DNA of 64,000 bases from positions 23,250,001 to 23,314,000 of the forward strand of contig OX597826.1 of NCBI GenBank assembly GCA_951406725.2. The letters run 5' to 3'. The notes under the pieces are model-generated. The model made no database searches, was not told where the DNA came from, and was given only the letters and a program-made list of their open reading frames with translations. The position numbers and the translations under genes were made by a program. Positions 1 to 12,750 of the stretch are shown piece after piece. Within the stretch, counting starts at the first letter, position 1, and every line of letters starts with the position of its first letter. The stretch is from Octopus vulgaris (Eukaryota).

Positions 1-33
1 CAATACAAATAATGCTCTCCACTATAATGCAGT

Positions 34-300
34 GTGGAGACACATGGCCTAATGGTTAGAGCAGCAGACTCGCGGTCGAGGGATCATGGGTTCGAATCTC
101 AAACCAGGTGATGTGTGTGTTTATGAGCAAAACACCTAAGCTCCATGCGGCTCCGGCAGAAGGTAATGGCGAACTTCTGCTGACTCTTTCGACACAACTT
201 TCTCTCACTCTTTCCTCCTGCATCTTGCAGCTCACCTGCGATGGACCGGCATCCCGTCCAGGTGGGGAACCTATACGCCAAGGAAACTGGCTCGAGAAGG
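34..300 (+). mobile_element. tRNA-derived SINE
   Basis: A-box/B-box-like head (tggcctaatggttagagc...gggttcgaatct). Related copies at ~3000-3368 (-), 45547 and 46706. Confidence 0.7.
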
Positions 301-1199
301 AACAAACAAACTATAATGCAACATTGTATATAAACCCCACACCCATTTGAATGAGGCACTGACCTTAAACTATTCTTTCCACAAAGAGCTGTTAAACAAA
401 CACAGAGTTGCAGTTGTGTAATATATTCATCTTCTGGTGAGATGCCAGTGCTTGATGAACTTTATGTGAAATGGAAAGGGTTGTTGCACATCAGCCATCA
501 AAGACAGTGCAAGGAACCTGAATTCTATTGGAAAGATAGCTCAAAATTACTGTGTGATTGTGGACTAGGGTTAAACACTACAATAGCTTCTCTTTCCGTT
601 GTTTCTCCAAACACAGAGGAGGAGATAAGGTCAGAACTATGAATCAACAAAGAGCACATCAGTTTGATAGTACAACCACTAATTACAGTGATGAGTCATT
701 CCTGCTCTGCAGAGCTTACATTCTTTCAAGTGGAATGAGTAATTTGAGAGTTATGTATTTTGGCCTGAGCAACCAGCCTTTCAGCTGACTGCTTGAGTAA
801 ACATGAAAATTGGCTTTCAGGAAGGTGGGAGGGAAAAATAAGTTGTGGTAAGTCAAACTGCAGATATGATGTTTATGTAACATACCCGGTTGGTCTGCTT
901 CTCAAGATCATCCCATGGCTGGTTGCTTTTCAAATTCTGCAGAAGAAATGGAATTTAGATAAATATTACAATTTTATAATCAAGTAAAAATACATGAAAA
1001 TATATAAAACATACGTTGATGATTTGATTATGTGTGTGTGTATGTATGTGTGTGTGTGTCTGTGTGTGTGTCTGTGTGTGTGTGTGTGTGTATTATAATG
1101 ATAATATGAGGGAATATTATTCCAAACTTACAGGGAAAAATTCAATTTAGAAATACAAAATCAAATTTCACCAAATATAATATATATATATATATATAT

Positions 1200-1744
1200 T
1201 TCTTGTGACACTTGTGAAGACCTGTTGAGGCAAGTGAAAATCAAAAAATCAAAAAATCAAAACAAATCAAAATAGATGAACATCAATGGAATTTGTATCT
1301 TTGTGGTACCAGTGCCGGTGGCACACAAGAAAACCATCCGAACGTGGCCGTAGCCAGTACCGCATCGACTGGCCTCCGTGCTGTGGGCACGTAACAAACA
1401 CCATCCGATCGTGGCCGTTCGCCAGCCTCATCTGGCACCTATGTCGGTGGCACATAAAAACACCATCCGAGCGTGGCCGTCTGCCAGCCTCGTCTGGCAC
1501 CTGTGTCGGTGGCACATAAAAAACACCATCCGAGCGTGGCCGTTCGCCAGCCTCATCTGGCACTTGTGTCGGTGGCACATAAAATCACCCACTACACTCT
1601 CGGAGTGGTTGGCGTTAGGAAGGGCATCCAGCTGTAGAAACACTGCCAGATCTGACTGGCCTGGTGCAGCCTTCGGGCTCCCCAGACCCCAGTTGAACCA
1701 TCCAACCCATGCTAGCATGGAAAGCGGACGTTAAATGATGATGA

Positions 1745-1748
<4 letters not shown>
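1200..1748 (+). mobile_element. RTE-tailed SINE with an internal ~60-bp tandem array
   Basis: Contains ggttggcgttaggaagggcatcc and ends in a (GAT)n tail. Other copies: ~7986-8700 (opposite orientation), 39361-39637, 42626-42868. Confidence 0.7.
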
Positions 1749-1800
<52 letters not shown>

Positions 1801-1804
<4 letters not shown>

Positions 1805-2043
1805 AAAAACCCCACCTTTTATCAATTCAATAATGAAAAATTAAATTATACCATTTAGAAAAATTACATCTTATAGAAAGATTAAATATAAGATAAAACA
1901 TATAACAATGATTAAGTAATGTGCTTACTTAATCATTGTTATATGTTTTATCTTATATTTAATCTTTCTATAAGATGTAATTTTTCTAAATGGTATAATT
2001 TAATTTTTCATTATTGAATTGATAAAAGGTGGGTTTTTTTCTA
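1801..2043. repeat. Near-perfect AT-rich palindrome, 119-bp arms, 5-nt loop
   Basis: 1801-1919 is the reverse complement of 1925-2043 (about one mismatch). Loop is tgtgc. Confidence 0.95.
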
Positions 2044-2609
2044 ATTTTCAAGCTAAAACATTTTTAAGGATTTAAGGATATATATATATATATATTATGT
2101 GTGTGCATGCGTGCGTGTGTATGTGTGTATTACGTGATATGATATTAGGACCACACCATTTGATCCATGTTTTCATTAGTCAATTTTGGTCACATGATGA
2201 TGTTTAAGGTAGAGGATTGGAATAAGAAGAGTAAGATTTAGCAAGCTGTTAACAGTGGTGTATGAGCATTCATGTGGGTTTGTGTGTGTGTGTGTTTATT
2301 GTGAGTGCATGTATGTATGATTTTCTCTGTAAAAATGGCCCATGTATTTGTCATTCATGTTGGGTGATGGATATTGTTACTATAAATATTCAATGTGCTA
2401 TCTCCAAAATCAAAGTAGACAGCACCTACCCAGACTAAAACTACAAACACTAAAATATTAAACTTAAATGATTTCCATTCCAGTATAAAAATGCTACGTA
2501 GATATCATATTAATCTTTTATAAAAGTTAATATATAAAATGTATTTTCTAAATCAATAAAAGACTTAATATATTGATTTATTAAACAAATCAATACAATA
2601 AATTTCAAC

Positions 2610-2681
2610 CTGTAAATCTGATGTTAACTGCTTCACTTGAGACATAGCTTCTTGGTACATTTCTGTCACAGTTTCTTTTTC
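2610..2681 (-). CDS. SCLT1: SCLT1 coding exon 7 (EKETVTEMYQEAMSQVKQLTSDLQ); gene continues beyond the left edge
   Basis: ttttcag acceptor, GTTGAA donor, phase 0. Resembles human SCLT1 EKTQAVELWQTVSQELDRL. Confidence 0.8.
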
Positions 2682-4082
2682 CTGAAAAACAACAACAAAA
2701 ACAAGATGTGAAAGCACTCTGACTGCATCATTATTATCACCATCATCATTGTCGTCATCAATTGCTAATGTCAAATTTCCCATGCTTGCATAGATCAGAT
2801 GAATAATGTCAAGGCATATTTTCTATGGCTGGATGCACTTCCTGTTGTCAACCCTCGTCTGTTTCCAAGCAAGGAAATATTTCTTCATGGGTAGACATGT
2901 CTTTCAAGGAAGATTGGAAACTAACAACACCTGTATGACAGTGATATGCATTTGCATCTATCACACGGTGTCAAAAGAAGGAGATACAGATACACATATC
3001 TCCATGTTGTTGGCACTTTGTCGGTTATGATGATGAGGGTTCCAGCCTGCTCGTGAAATTAACATGCAAGTGGCTGAGCACTCCACAGACACATGTACCC
3101 TTAACATAGTTCTCGGGGAGATTCAGCGTGACACAGAGTGTGACAAGGTTGGCCCCTTGAAATACAGGTACAGCAGAAACAGAAAGAAAGAGAGAAAGTT
3201 GTGGTGAAAGGGTACAGCAGGGATCGCCACCACCCCCTGCCGGAGCCTCGTGGAGCTTTTAGGTGTTTTTACTCAATAAACACTCACAACGCCCGGTCTG
3301 GGAATCAAAACCGCGATCCTACAACCACGAGTCCGCTACCCTAACCACTGGGCCATTGCACCTCCACATCTCCATGCACACACCCACATATACATGCATA
3401 CACACACACATATATACATGCAGTAGTCTCCTTTGCATTTCTGTCTACCAAATTCATTCACAAGGCTTTGGTTGGTCCAGCCCTATTGTTGGTCTTTTGC
3501 TTAGTGGACAATTTAAACTAAAACACTATTTTTCACTGAGACAGTGTTAATGAGAGCACACAAAATCAGCATTCCTAGATATGCATGTGCACACACACAC
3601 ACACAAACACATGATGGATCTTCTCAGTCCCCATCAACCACTTCCACTCACAAATCATAGATTAGTCAAAGACTACAGAAGAAGACCCCTGCCCAAGGTG
3701 CCACACATAAAATAAAATCCATTCTGGATTCATATTGCATACTTTTTGCCAGCTTTATCGTGAATAATGTTGCATCTTGGGAGGGTCATTATGCCAATAA
3801 TAAACACACACTGATTCTAATTCACTTTTTATTATTATTTGTTTGTCAACAGATTATTTAACCAATTAATTAATTGATTGTTTGATAAATCATTCAATCA
3901 AACAATCAATCAGCTAGGTTTATCAAAGTCTGTTTATGCCACTTGCAACTTTATCAATGTCATACACTCTCTACCCAGGTCTGCTTCAGGCTTGTCTGAA
4001 AATAATTTATAATTAAAAAAAAACACACACACACACACAAACAACAACAAAAAGAAAAAAAAAGAGAAGAACCTCCAATTAC

Positions 4083-4209
4083 CTTTGTAAGCAATGCTAT
4101 CTGTTTCCTAAAATTCTCAACTGTTTTCTGATCAGAGTCTGTTTCTTTGATGATTTCAGGTAAAGCATCAGCTTCCAATTCTAAAGTTTCTTTTAAACGT
4201 TTCCTCAAA
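4083..4209 (-). CDS. SCLT1: SCLT1 coding exon 6 (LRKRLKETLELEADALPEIIKETDSDQKTVENFRKQIALLTK)
   Basis: AG acceptor and GTAATT donor; phase fits the neighbouring exons. Resembles human LHSELKDAVEKKLEAFP...ADDETVRNLQEQLQLANQ. Confidence 0.87.
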
Positions 4210-4476
4210 CTTTAAAATGACCAAATCAAACATCAATAATTGTAAATTATTGCAAAGATATTACATTATAAAAGTTAAAAAAAAAACACAAACAAAAAAA
4301 AGAGACTCTACTTACTTTTCTTTATTTAACTTTCTTTCAAATAACATGTACATCATATATTTCACAAAAATAAGGCAGCCTGCTGGTAGAATTATTAGCA
4401 CACACAAAATGCTCTATGGCATGTTTTTTGGCTTTATGTTTTGAGTTCAAATTTTACCTTGGTCACCATTGCTTAA

Positions 4477-4810
4477 GAGTGGCTGTGTGGTAAGTAGCTT
4501 GCTTACGAACCACATGGTTCCAGGTTCAGTTCCACTGCGTGGATCCTTGGGCAAGTGTCTTCTACTATAGCCTCGGGCCAACCAAACCCATGTGAGTGGA
4601 TTTGGTAGACGGAAACTGAAAGAAGTCCGTCGTATGTATGTATGTATGTATGTATGTATGTGCGTGTGTGTGTGCGCGCACGCGCGCGTGTGTATATGTT
4701 TCTGTGTTTGTGTTTGTCCCCCCAACATCGTTTGACAACCGATGCTGGTGTGTTTACGTCCCCATAACTTAGCGGTTTGGCAAAAGAGACCAATAGAATA
4801 AGTACTACTC
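4477..4810 (+). mobile_element. Abundant tRNA-derived SINE, family A (representative copy)
   Basis: Head gtggctgtgtggtaag...ccttgggcaagtg followed by an internal microsatellite. Further copies at ~7360-7790, 10460-10860, 10965-11120, 12263-12680, 20820-21200 (-), 25260-25430, 60972-61110 and 63420-63920. Confidence 0.8.
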
Positions 4811-5270
4811 TTACACACCAGACAAACTGCTTAGTGGCATTTCTTCCCAGCTCCTTACATTCTGAGTTCAAACTCTACCAAGGTCAACTTTGCCTTTCAT
4901 CCTCTCTCTGTTGCCCCATTTCTTCAAAACTGCTGGCCTTGTGCCAAGATTAGAAAGAATTATTATTATTAGGGAAGTGAGCAGACAGAATCATTAGCAC
5001 ACCAGACAAAATGCTTAGTGGTGTTCCTTCTGGTTCTTTATGTTCTGAGTTCAAATTCCACTAAAGTCGACTTTGCCTTTCAGCCTCTTGGAATTGATGA
5101 AATAAGTTTGAGTCAAGTATTGGGATCAATATAAGAGACTGACAACATTCCCTCAAAATTGCTGGCCTTGTGCCAAAATTACAAACAGTATTTTAAGCCT
5201 TTCCTCTTGTGTACACACTTCATATTGCCTTTACAAAGTACCACCATCATAACAGTGAGGATTTTTTGGT

Positions 5271-5641
5271 AGAATTCTGATTTAAACATCTCATATAACC
5301 CCTTATAACTCTTTTACTTATTGTAATTTTCAGAAAGTTTTTGAAAATGTGTGTTCTACACACAGGTATTCATTTGATAATGAAAAGAAAAAAATTTTTC
5401 TTTAATTTTTTAACTTACCCTCTCATAAATTCTAAAAGTTCTACAAACGAAATAAGGTATGTTTTAGGTGGTCATGAGATGTGCCAAAAATAGCAGCTAA
5501 ATTGTTCTTAAATCACATATAAAACCTTTTTCTCATAACCGTGTGAATTCCCATTTATAGGACACAAATTCAGGAAAATTTTCTGAAAATTCCAAAAAAT
5601 GAAAAAATTATGAGGGTTATATGGGGTGCTTAAACCAGAAT
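5271..5641. mobile_element. Degenerate MITE-like element
   Basis: Imperfect terminal inverted repeats: aattctgatttaaacatctcatataacccct and agggttatatggggtgcttaaaccagaatt. Confidence 0.5.
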
Positions 5642-5732
5642 TTCATTGGCTTATTTTCATCAAATCAGACCATATTATTACATCAAAGCATTGTTTTATT
5701 ATTGCAATTAGTAACTTCATAACATAACTTAC

Positions 5733-5797
5733 TCATCATTTTCTTTTAAAACTTTTTGTAGGTCCTCTTTTAGTGATTTAAACTCTTCAGAGGAATG
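5733..5797 (-). CDS. SCLT1: SCLT1 coding exon 5 (HSSEEFKSLKEDLQKVLKEND)
   Basis: ttttcag acceptor, GTAAGT donor, 65 nt, phase 0 to 2. Resembles human MKLQLENVIKENE. Confidence 0.87.
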
Positions 5798-7517
5798 CTG
5801 AAAATGAAGTAAAATAAAAATGCAAGAAATAATTTCAGAAAAAAATAACAGCTGAATAAATCATATCGCACCAAGGATAAAGTAACCTTTGTGTAGCCCA
5901 ATAGTTCTTAACCATTTATTTATTTTTATTTGTTTTGCAGCACCCCTTTTTAAGTAGTTCTTATGCCTAGTGCCTATCTAGGTGGCAAGTGAGGTATCAT
6001 AACTAAATGAACTTAACATGGATGATAATTTAAAATTTTACTCTAAAAATGGATTGTATAAGCTTTTAACAGTGAAATAATAAAATATTTATAAAGACAA
6101 GAGCTGTAAATTAGCTTTATACATTGCAGGTTAATAACTTCCCTGTGCTTGATGAGATCTGGCTAAATTTTCTATATCAGGCCCAATGTTATTCAAAAGA
6201 AATTTATTTCATTGATAGTCAGCAATTGCAACACCGCAATTATGTGTCATGTATAATATAATTACTACAATAGGTATAATTTGGTATGCTATGTTATCTC
6301 ACTGCCCACTTTCAACATGCCCAACGCTGCCTTTGGGAGTGGTAACACTCATGTAGAGAACTTCTGGTGTAGTCCATCATTACTCAAAAAGACCATTTGA
6401 GTCTAGTATTTAAACCCTTCAGTCACTTTGTCTAATGTATTGGACAATTTTTCAGTATAAATTACAAAAGAAATAAAAATTATAATTGAGTCACAGTTAC
6501 CAATTCACTGGACACCTCTAAAATGTAAGACCATATGATTCTGACTCAGTGTTTGCTCACAAGTCATAGAGGGTGGCTGCATCTACTCATAAATCTCAGA
6601 GATGTAAGTAAATTGGTATTTTTTTACCAAGTGTTAGTAAAATTTTTATTTATCCATGACAAAAATTAAGCATATTGAAAACTGAATTCTTTAAAAATTC
6701 ATCCAATATGTGTTATTTACCTGTATTTTGGTGTAAATAAAAAATTAAAATTAAAAAATAGTTTTACTTTTTTATCTGTGACTGGAGGAGTTAAAGCTAA
6801 TGAAACGCTCATTAAATGTTTTCAAAATGGTGCTCCAGTATGGCCACAATCTGATGACTGAAACAAAAAAAAAGAATAACAGAATAACCCTTTTGCTTGT
6901 TGGAGGATGATCACACTAAAGTCAGGACTTGAGCTTCTCCAACCCACAAACAGGTAGCAGATATTTTGATGCAGCAGTTGGGCTATCAAGTGTGCTTGCG
7001 ACAAGGAAATATGGCCACCTCTGTTGATTCCATGTGCATGAGGGCACACAGAAAGTGTTGTATAGGTGGGAGAAGTTACAAATCTCCATTTACCTATGCA
7101 ACTCCATCCACCATTTTATTTTTTAATCTTTTACTTGTTTCAGCATTAGACTGTGGCCATGCTGGGACACTGCTTTGAGGAATTTTTAGTTGAATGAATC
7201 AACCCCAGTACTTTTTTCCTTTTTTTAAGCCTGGTACTTATTCTATTGGTCACTTTTGCCAAACTGCTAAGTTATGGAGACATAAATACACCAACACTGG
7301 CTGTTAAGCAGTGGTGTGACAAATCCATGCCAATGACACAACAACAACAACAATAGGCATAGGAGTGGCTGTGTGGTAAGTAACTTGCTTACGAACCACA
7401 TGGTTCCATGTTCAGTCCCACTGCACAGCACCTTGGGCAAGTGTCTTCTACTATAGCCTCAGGCCGACAAAGCTTTGTGAGTGGATTTGGTAGGCAGAAA
7501 AAGAAAGAAGCCCGGTG

Positions 7518-7554
<37 letters not shown>

Positions 7555-7807
7555 ATATATATGTATATATGTATGTATGTATGTATGTGTGTCTGTGTTT
7601 GTCCCCCCAACATCGTTTGACAACCGATGTTGGTGTGTTTTCGTCCCTGTAACTTAGCAGTTCGGCAAAAGAGACCGATAGAATAAGTACTAGGCTTACA
7701 AAGAATAAGTCCTGGGGTTGATTTGCTCGACTAAAAGTGGTGCTCCAGCATGGCCACAGTCAAATGACTGAAACAAGTAAAAGAGTAAAGAGTAACAAAA
7801 CACTTAC

Positions 7808-7871
7808 CTTCAGCTGCTCTTCTAATGTCTGGTTGACATAATCATATTCAGTAAGCAATGGCGTCAATATC
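7808..7871 (-). CDS. SCLT1: SCLT1 coding exon 4 (ILTPLLTEYDYVNQTLEEQLK)
   Basis: tccag acceptor, GTAAGT donor. Resembles human FLAPLVTEYDKHLGELNGQLK. Confidence 0.9.
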
Positions 7872-9234
7872 CTGGACAGAAAAGATAAGAAGAAATTCTT
7901 ACATTGGCACACAAAATTCAGGATTTATAAAAAAGAGAGTGATACAGAAAAGGTGAGATTATGTGATGTTCATGTCAGCTGAAGATCATCATCATCATCA
8001 TTTAACATCCATTTTACATGCTAGCATGGGTTGGACGGTTCGACCGGGGTCTGGGAAGCCAGGAGGCTGTGCCAGGCTCCAGTCTGATCTGGCAGTGTTT
8101 CTACAGCTAGATGCCCTTCCTAACGCCAACCACTCTGTGAGTGTAGTGGGTTCTTTTTACATGCCAGTGGCACAGGGGCCAGAGGAGGCTGACAGACAGC
8201 CATGATCGGTTGGTGCTTTTTACGTGTCACCAACACGGACGCCAGTCAGGCGGCGCTGGCATTGGCCACGTTCGGATGGTGCTTTTTACGTACCACTGGC
8301 ACGGGTATCACAACTACAATTTCCATTTGATGTTGATGTACTTGACTCAATAGGTCTCCTCAAGCACAGCAGGTCACCCTACGATCCAAGGTTAGCACAG
8401 CAGGCCATCCTGCGAGCCATGAACTCACTTCATTTGTCAGGTCTTCACAGTTACAGCATATCTCAGAGGTCTTAGTCTTTCGTCATTGCCTCTGTGAGGC
8501 CCAACGTGCCACCAGCATGGGTATTACAACTACAATATCCATTTGATTTTTATTTTGATGTTGATGTTGATGTACTTGACTCAATAGGTCTCTCAAGCAC
8601 AACAGGTCACCCTACGATCCAAGGTTAGCACAGCAGACCATCCTGTGAGCCATGAACTCACTTCATTGTTGGATCTTCACAGTCACAGCATATCTCCAGA
8701 TCAAGAGTAATATGTTCAAATAGCTTCCTCCAATCATTTTATTTTATGGCATATATATGGACTGAAGGCTGGCAGGTACTGCTAGCAGTAAAAGTTGGTA
8801 TGCTCACATTTGTGCTATGAATAGTGAAGTAGGACTTCTTGGTTAAATAAAAGGATTCAATTTTTGGCAATTATTTCTCATTGCAACAGTGCATGTTTTG
8901 GTTTAGCCCCAGGTCAACCCTGACTAAGCAGATCTATGATTTGAGCCATTCCATCCATGATGCTCCGTTTTTTTTCTTTTTTTTTACAGACTTGTCCTTC
9001 CATTTTTTTTAAGACAGCATATGGTATGAGTTCATTACATGATCCAACCCTAGTGGCAATATAATCATTTATGTACCTCAATGCCCCTGAGAGCTATGTA
9101 AGCAGAGCACAAGCTCCTGATAGGTCCACCCAAACTGGACAGGTCAAAGGACAGAGACCAGACTAAGTAGTAGTAGTAGTCGTCTTCATCGTCATCTTCT
9201 TCTTCTTCTCCTTCGCCTCCTCCTCCTTCTTCAG

Positions 9235-9432
9235 GCGGCAAGCTGGTAGAATCATTAGCATGCTGGGCAAAATACTTAGAGACATTTCATCCACTTCATC
9301 TTTGTTCAAATCCTGCTGAGGTAGACTTAGCCTTTCATCCTTTTCGTGGTCGATAAAATAAGTACCAGTTGTGTACAGGGGTTGATATCCCCCTTCCCCA
9401 AATTTCAGGCCTTGTGCCAGTAGTAGAAAGGA
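9235..9432 (+). mobile_element. SINE family B (representative copy)
   Basis: ggcggcaagctggtagaatcattagca...gcctttcatcctttt. Related copies at ~4975-5185, 17900-18200 (-), 23165-23355 (-), 55975-56105 and 57340-57530. Confidence 0.7.
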
Positions 9433-10369
9433 TTGTTGTTGTTGTTGTTGTTATTATTATTACATCTTTTTGTCCAAGCTGGCATGAGTTGGACAGATCC
9501 TCACACTCTGAATCAGTGCTTATTTGGAGTTACTGCCCTCCTAGATGAATCAGAGGACCACATCTCACTTGCAAATCTCATAATTTTAGCATGGTTTGTA
9601 ATAAAGATTGTTTGCCAACATAACATGGCAGTCCTGGTTTAGTACTAATGTTGCTGTAATTTAGCCCCAGGAGACATTGTCTCCAGCTGGCTATACGACA
9701 CGATCTGTGTCCTTACATTTTCGAACAAGGGAATCTAGCACCCCAACTCAGCTCAAAACAATATCTGTGTATCGTGATTCCTGGGTTATTTCCCTTCAAC
9801 CGCACAGATGTGAGATTTAAAAATAGTAATTTTCTGGTTTGTAATAATTCTAATGCTGGATGTCCTTCTTAACACCAACCATTTTACAGAGTGTACTGTA
9901 TGTATTTTTATCTGTGACACCAATACTAGAGAAGTTACCATACCCTCAGCAAGACTAAAGAGTCTCCTGAATCCTATAGCGTTTCAGCTAAGTTCAACAA
10001 CCACTTTTATAGAATACCTCTGGTATTAAAATGAGTAACCACCCCAGTACAAAAAACATCCTGCACCACATTACTGCCCAGCTTCCTAGAAATAACAGCT
10101 AAATCACCCTCAGATCACATCCAAGTATACACTGGACAATGTACTCATCGATACATGGAATGATGAGATGATCAAAGCTGGAACATCTTTGTATATGAAC
10201 CCATCAATCATGACATGAGGTTGAACAACAACATTTGTGATGTTACAGTCCTATATGAAACCAATATGCTTCAAAGCCCAGAGAATGAGGTGACTGATTT
10301 TTGATTGGAAATCACAGTCTAACAGATTTAAACAGAAACATGATAAATTGTTGAAATATATTTTTTTAC

Positions 10370-10410
10370 CTTTCTTCTGTAAGCCAAGGAGAAAATTGGT
10401 TGTCAGGTAA
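10370..10410 (-). CDS. SCLT1: SCLT1 coding exon 3 (LPDNQFSPWLTEE)
   Basis: Poly-T plus gcag acceptor, GTAAAA donor, 41 nt. Its phase-2 end joins exon 4 in frame. Confidence 0.78.
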
Positions 10411-10587
10411 CTGCAAAAAAAAAAAAAAAAAATTTCTTTAAACAAAGTGCAAGAGCAACTGTGTGGTAAGTAGCTTGCTTACCAATCACATGGTTCTGGG
10501 TTCAGTCCCACTGTGTGGCACCTTGGGCCAACTAAAGCCTTGTGAGTGGATTTGCTTAAGTGAAACTGAAAGAAACCCGTATATATA

Positions 10588-10682
<95 letters not shown>

Positions 10683-11358
10683 GTATATGTATGAGTGTAT
10701 ATGTTTATGTGTGTGCAGTTCACCAAAAAAGAAAAAAAAAAGAGAGCCCGAGAGAATAAGTTCTAGGTTTACAAAGAATAAGTCCTGGGGTCAATTTACT
10801 TGACTAAAGGTGGTGCTCCAGCATGGCTGCAGTCAAATGACTGAAACAAGTAAAAGAAAAAAAGAATAAAAGTGTATATACTGTAACTCTTCTACTACTA
10901 ACCTAACTAAGGCAGCCCTCAATCCTATATTGCAAACCTGCCCAAAAATGCTATCATTAAAGCACAGACATGGCTGAGTGGATAAGAAGCTTGCATCACA
11001 ACTGTGTGGCCTTGAATTTAGTGCCACTGCATGGTACCTTGGACAAGTGTTTTCTACTATATCCTCGGGCCAACCAAAGCTTCATAAGTGGATTTGGTGG
11101 GTGGAAACTGAAAGAAGCCTGCTGTAGGTGTAAGGTTAGTTATGTATATATATTCGATAATATATCATATGGTATACACCTGGTAGCTTACCAAGTAAAG
11201 CACTTTCACTTTCACAGTGTTCGTTGGGTATTTGATTAATGAGAGAGATGGAAGATGGAAGATACACACACATATTATATATATATATATATATATAATA
11301 CACACACACACATATATATCTAAACATTATATATATATATACACATACATTATTATAT

Positions 11359-11860
11359 GGGAAAAGGTTGTCCTTGAAGATGAAAGGAAGGGTTTATCAG
11401 AGCTCCATAAGATCTGCAATGCTGTATGGGAGTGAAACATGGTATCTGAGGGAAAGCGAAATGGCAATTTTGAGAAGGGCCGAGAGAGCAATGGTGAGAG
11501 CAATGTGTGGCATGAAACTATTGGATAAAAGGAAGGCTGAGGACGTGATGGGGATGCTGGAGTTGGAGGAATCGGTGGAACAGCTGGCAAGGGCGAATGG
11601 AATGCAGTGGTAAGGACATGTGTTGAGGAGGGATGAGGATCATGTTCTGAGGAAAGTGCTTGAGTTTAAGGTGAATGAACCAAGAAAGCAAGGTCGACCA
11701 AAGAAAACTTGGAGGAGGAGATTGGGAGGGTTAGCTTGAGGAGGAAGGATGCCTAAAACCAGGTGAGATGGCATGATAGTGTGAGAGTGGTTGCTGTAAG
11801 AGTGAGGTAGATCCGACCACCCCTGTTAACGGAAACAAACCCAAATTTAAATACTGAACA
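11359..11860 (+). mobile_element. RTE-clade LINE 3' fragment (decayed)
   Basis: YQSSIRSAMLYGSETW...RRAERAMVRAMCG, followed by a GRPKKTW-like segment with in-frame stops. Confidence 0.85.
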
Positions 11861-12416
11861 TCAATCAATGTGTGTGTGTGTGTGTTTATATTTGCATTCT
11901 CTGAAATAATACAGCTCATTATTGTTGTTACTTCTGTAAACAAAAGACATGTAAATTAAGAGATATTTTTCTTGATAAGTACTTAAGATTTAGCAACAGA
12001 AAGAGCACACTATTGAGGCATTGTAAAACAATGCCACAATAATATATTCATCTAACCCATGCTAGCATAGAAAAATGGGGATGTAAAACAAATGAACCTT
12101 GATATAACAGTAAAAAAAAAAGAGTTATTTCACAAAATGCCTCCACAACCGAAATTATTTTGAAAATCAATAGGAGTATTTATCTAGTCTGTTGAGATTA
12201 GTAATATATCTGTAACTAAAATGACTAACAATAATGTGATGAGCAATTAAAAAATAAAGGTGTAGGCATGGCTGTGTGGTAAGAAGCTTACTTTCCAATC
12301 ACATGGTTTCTAGTTCAGTCCCACTGTGTGGCACCTTGGGCAAGTGTTCTACTGTAGCCTTGGGCTGACCAAAGTTTTGTGAGTTGATTTGGTAGATGGA
12401 AACTGAAAGAAGCCTG

Positions 12417-12460
<44 letters not shown>

Positions 12461-12694
12461 GTGTGTGTCTTTGGTCTATGACTGTGCCCCCACATCACTT
12501 CACAACCAATATTGGTGTGTTTTCATTCCCGTAACTTAACAGTTTGGCAAAAGTGACCAATAAAGTAAGTACTAGGCTTACAAAGAATAAGTCCTGGGAT
12601 CGACTTCTTTGACTAAAAACCTCTTTAAGGCTGTGCTCCAGTATGGCTGCAATCAAATGACTGAAACAAGTAAAAGAATAAAAGGCTTACCAAC

Positions 12695-12750
12695 CTGACA
12701 GTAACCATATTTTGTCTGATACCACAAGAGGTGGTTGTTCAGTCTTTGAA
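12695..12750 (-). CDS. SCLT1: SCLT1 coding exon 2 (VQRLNNHLLWYQTKYGYCQ)
   Basis: cttttcag acceptor; the phase-1 start matches exon 1. Resembles human NRRLNEDFRRYQ. The in-frame donor is CAG|GTTGGT. Confidence 0.8.

Noticed and set aside
1276-1585. CRISPR-like repeat/spacer array
   Set aside because: Eukaryotic context, no cas genes, no unique spacers, and the array lies inside a dispersed SINE.
10880-10930. Possible SCLT1 exon (GLRAALVR) on the minus strand
   Set aside because: The phases do not connect to exon 3. The exon at 12695-12750 fits homology and frame better.
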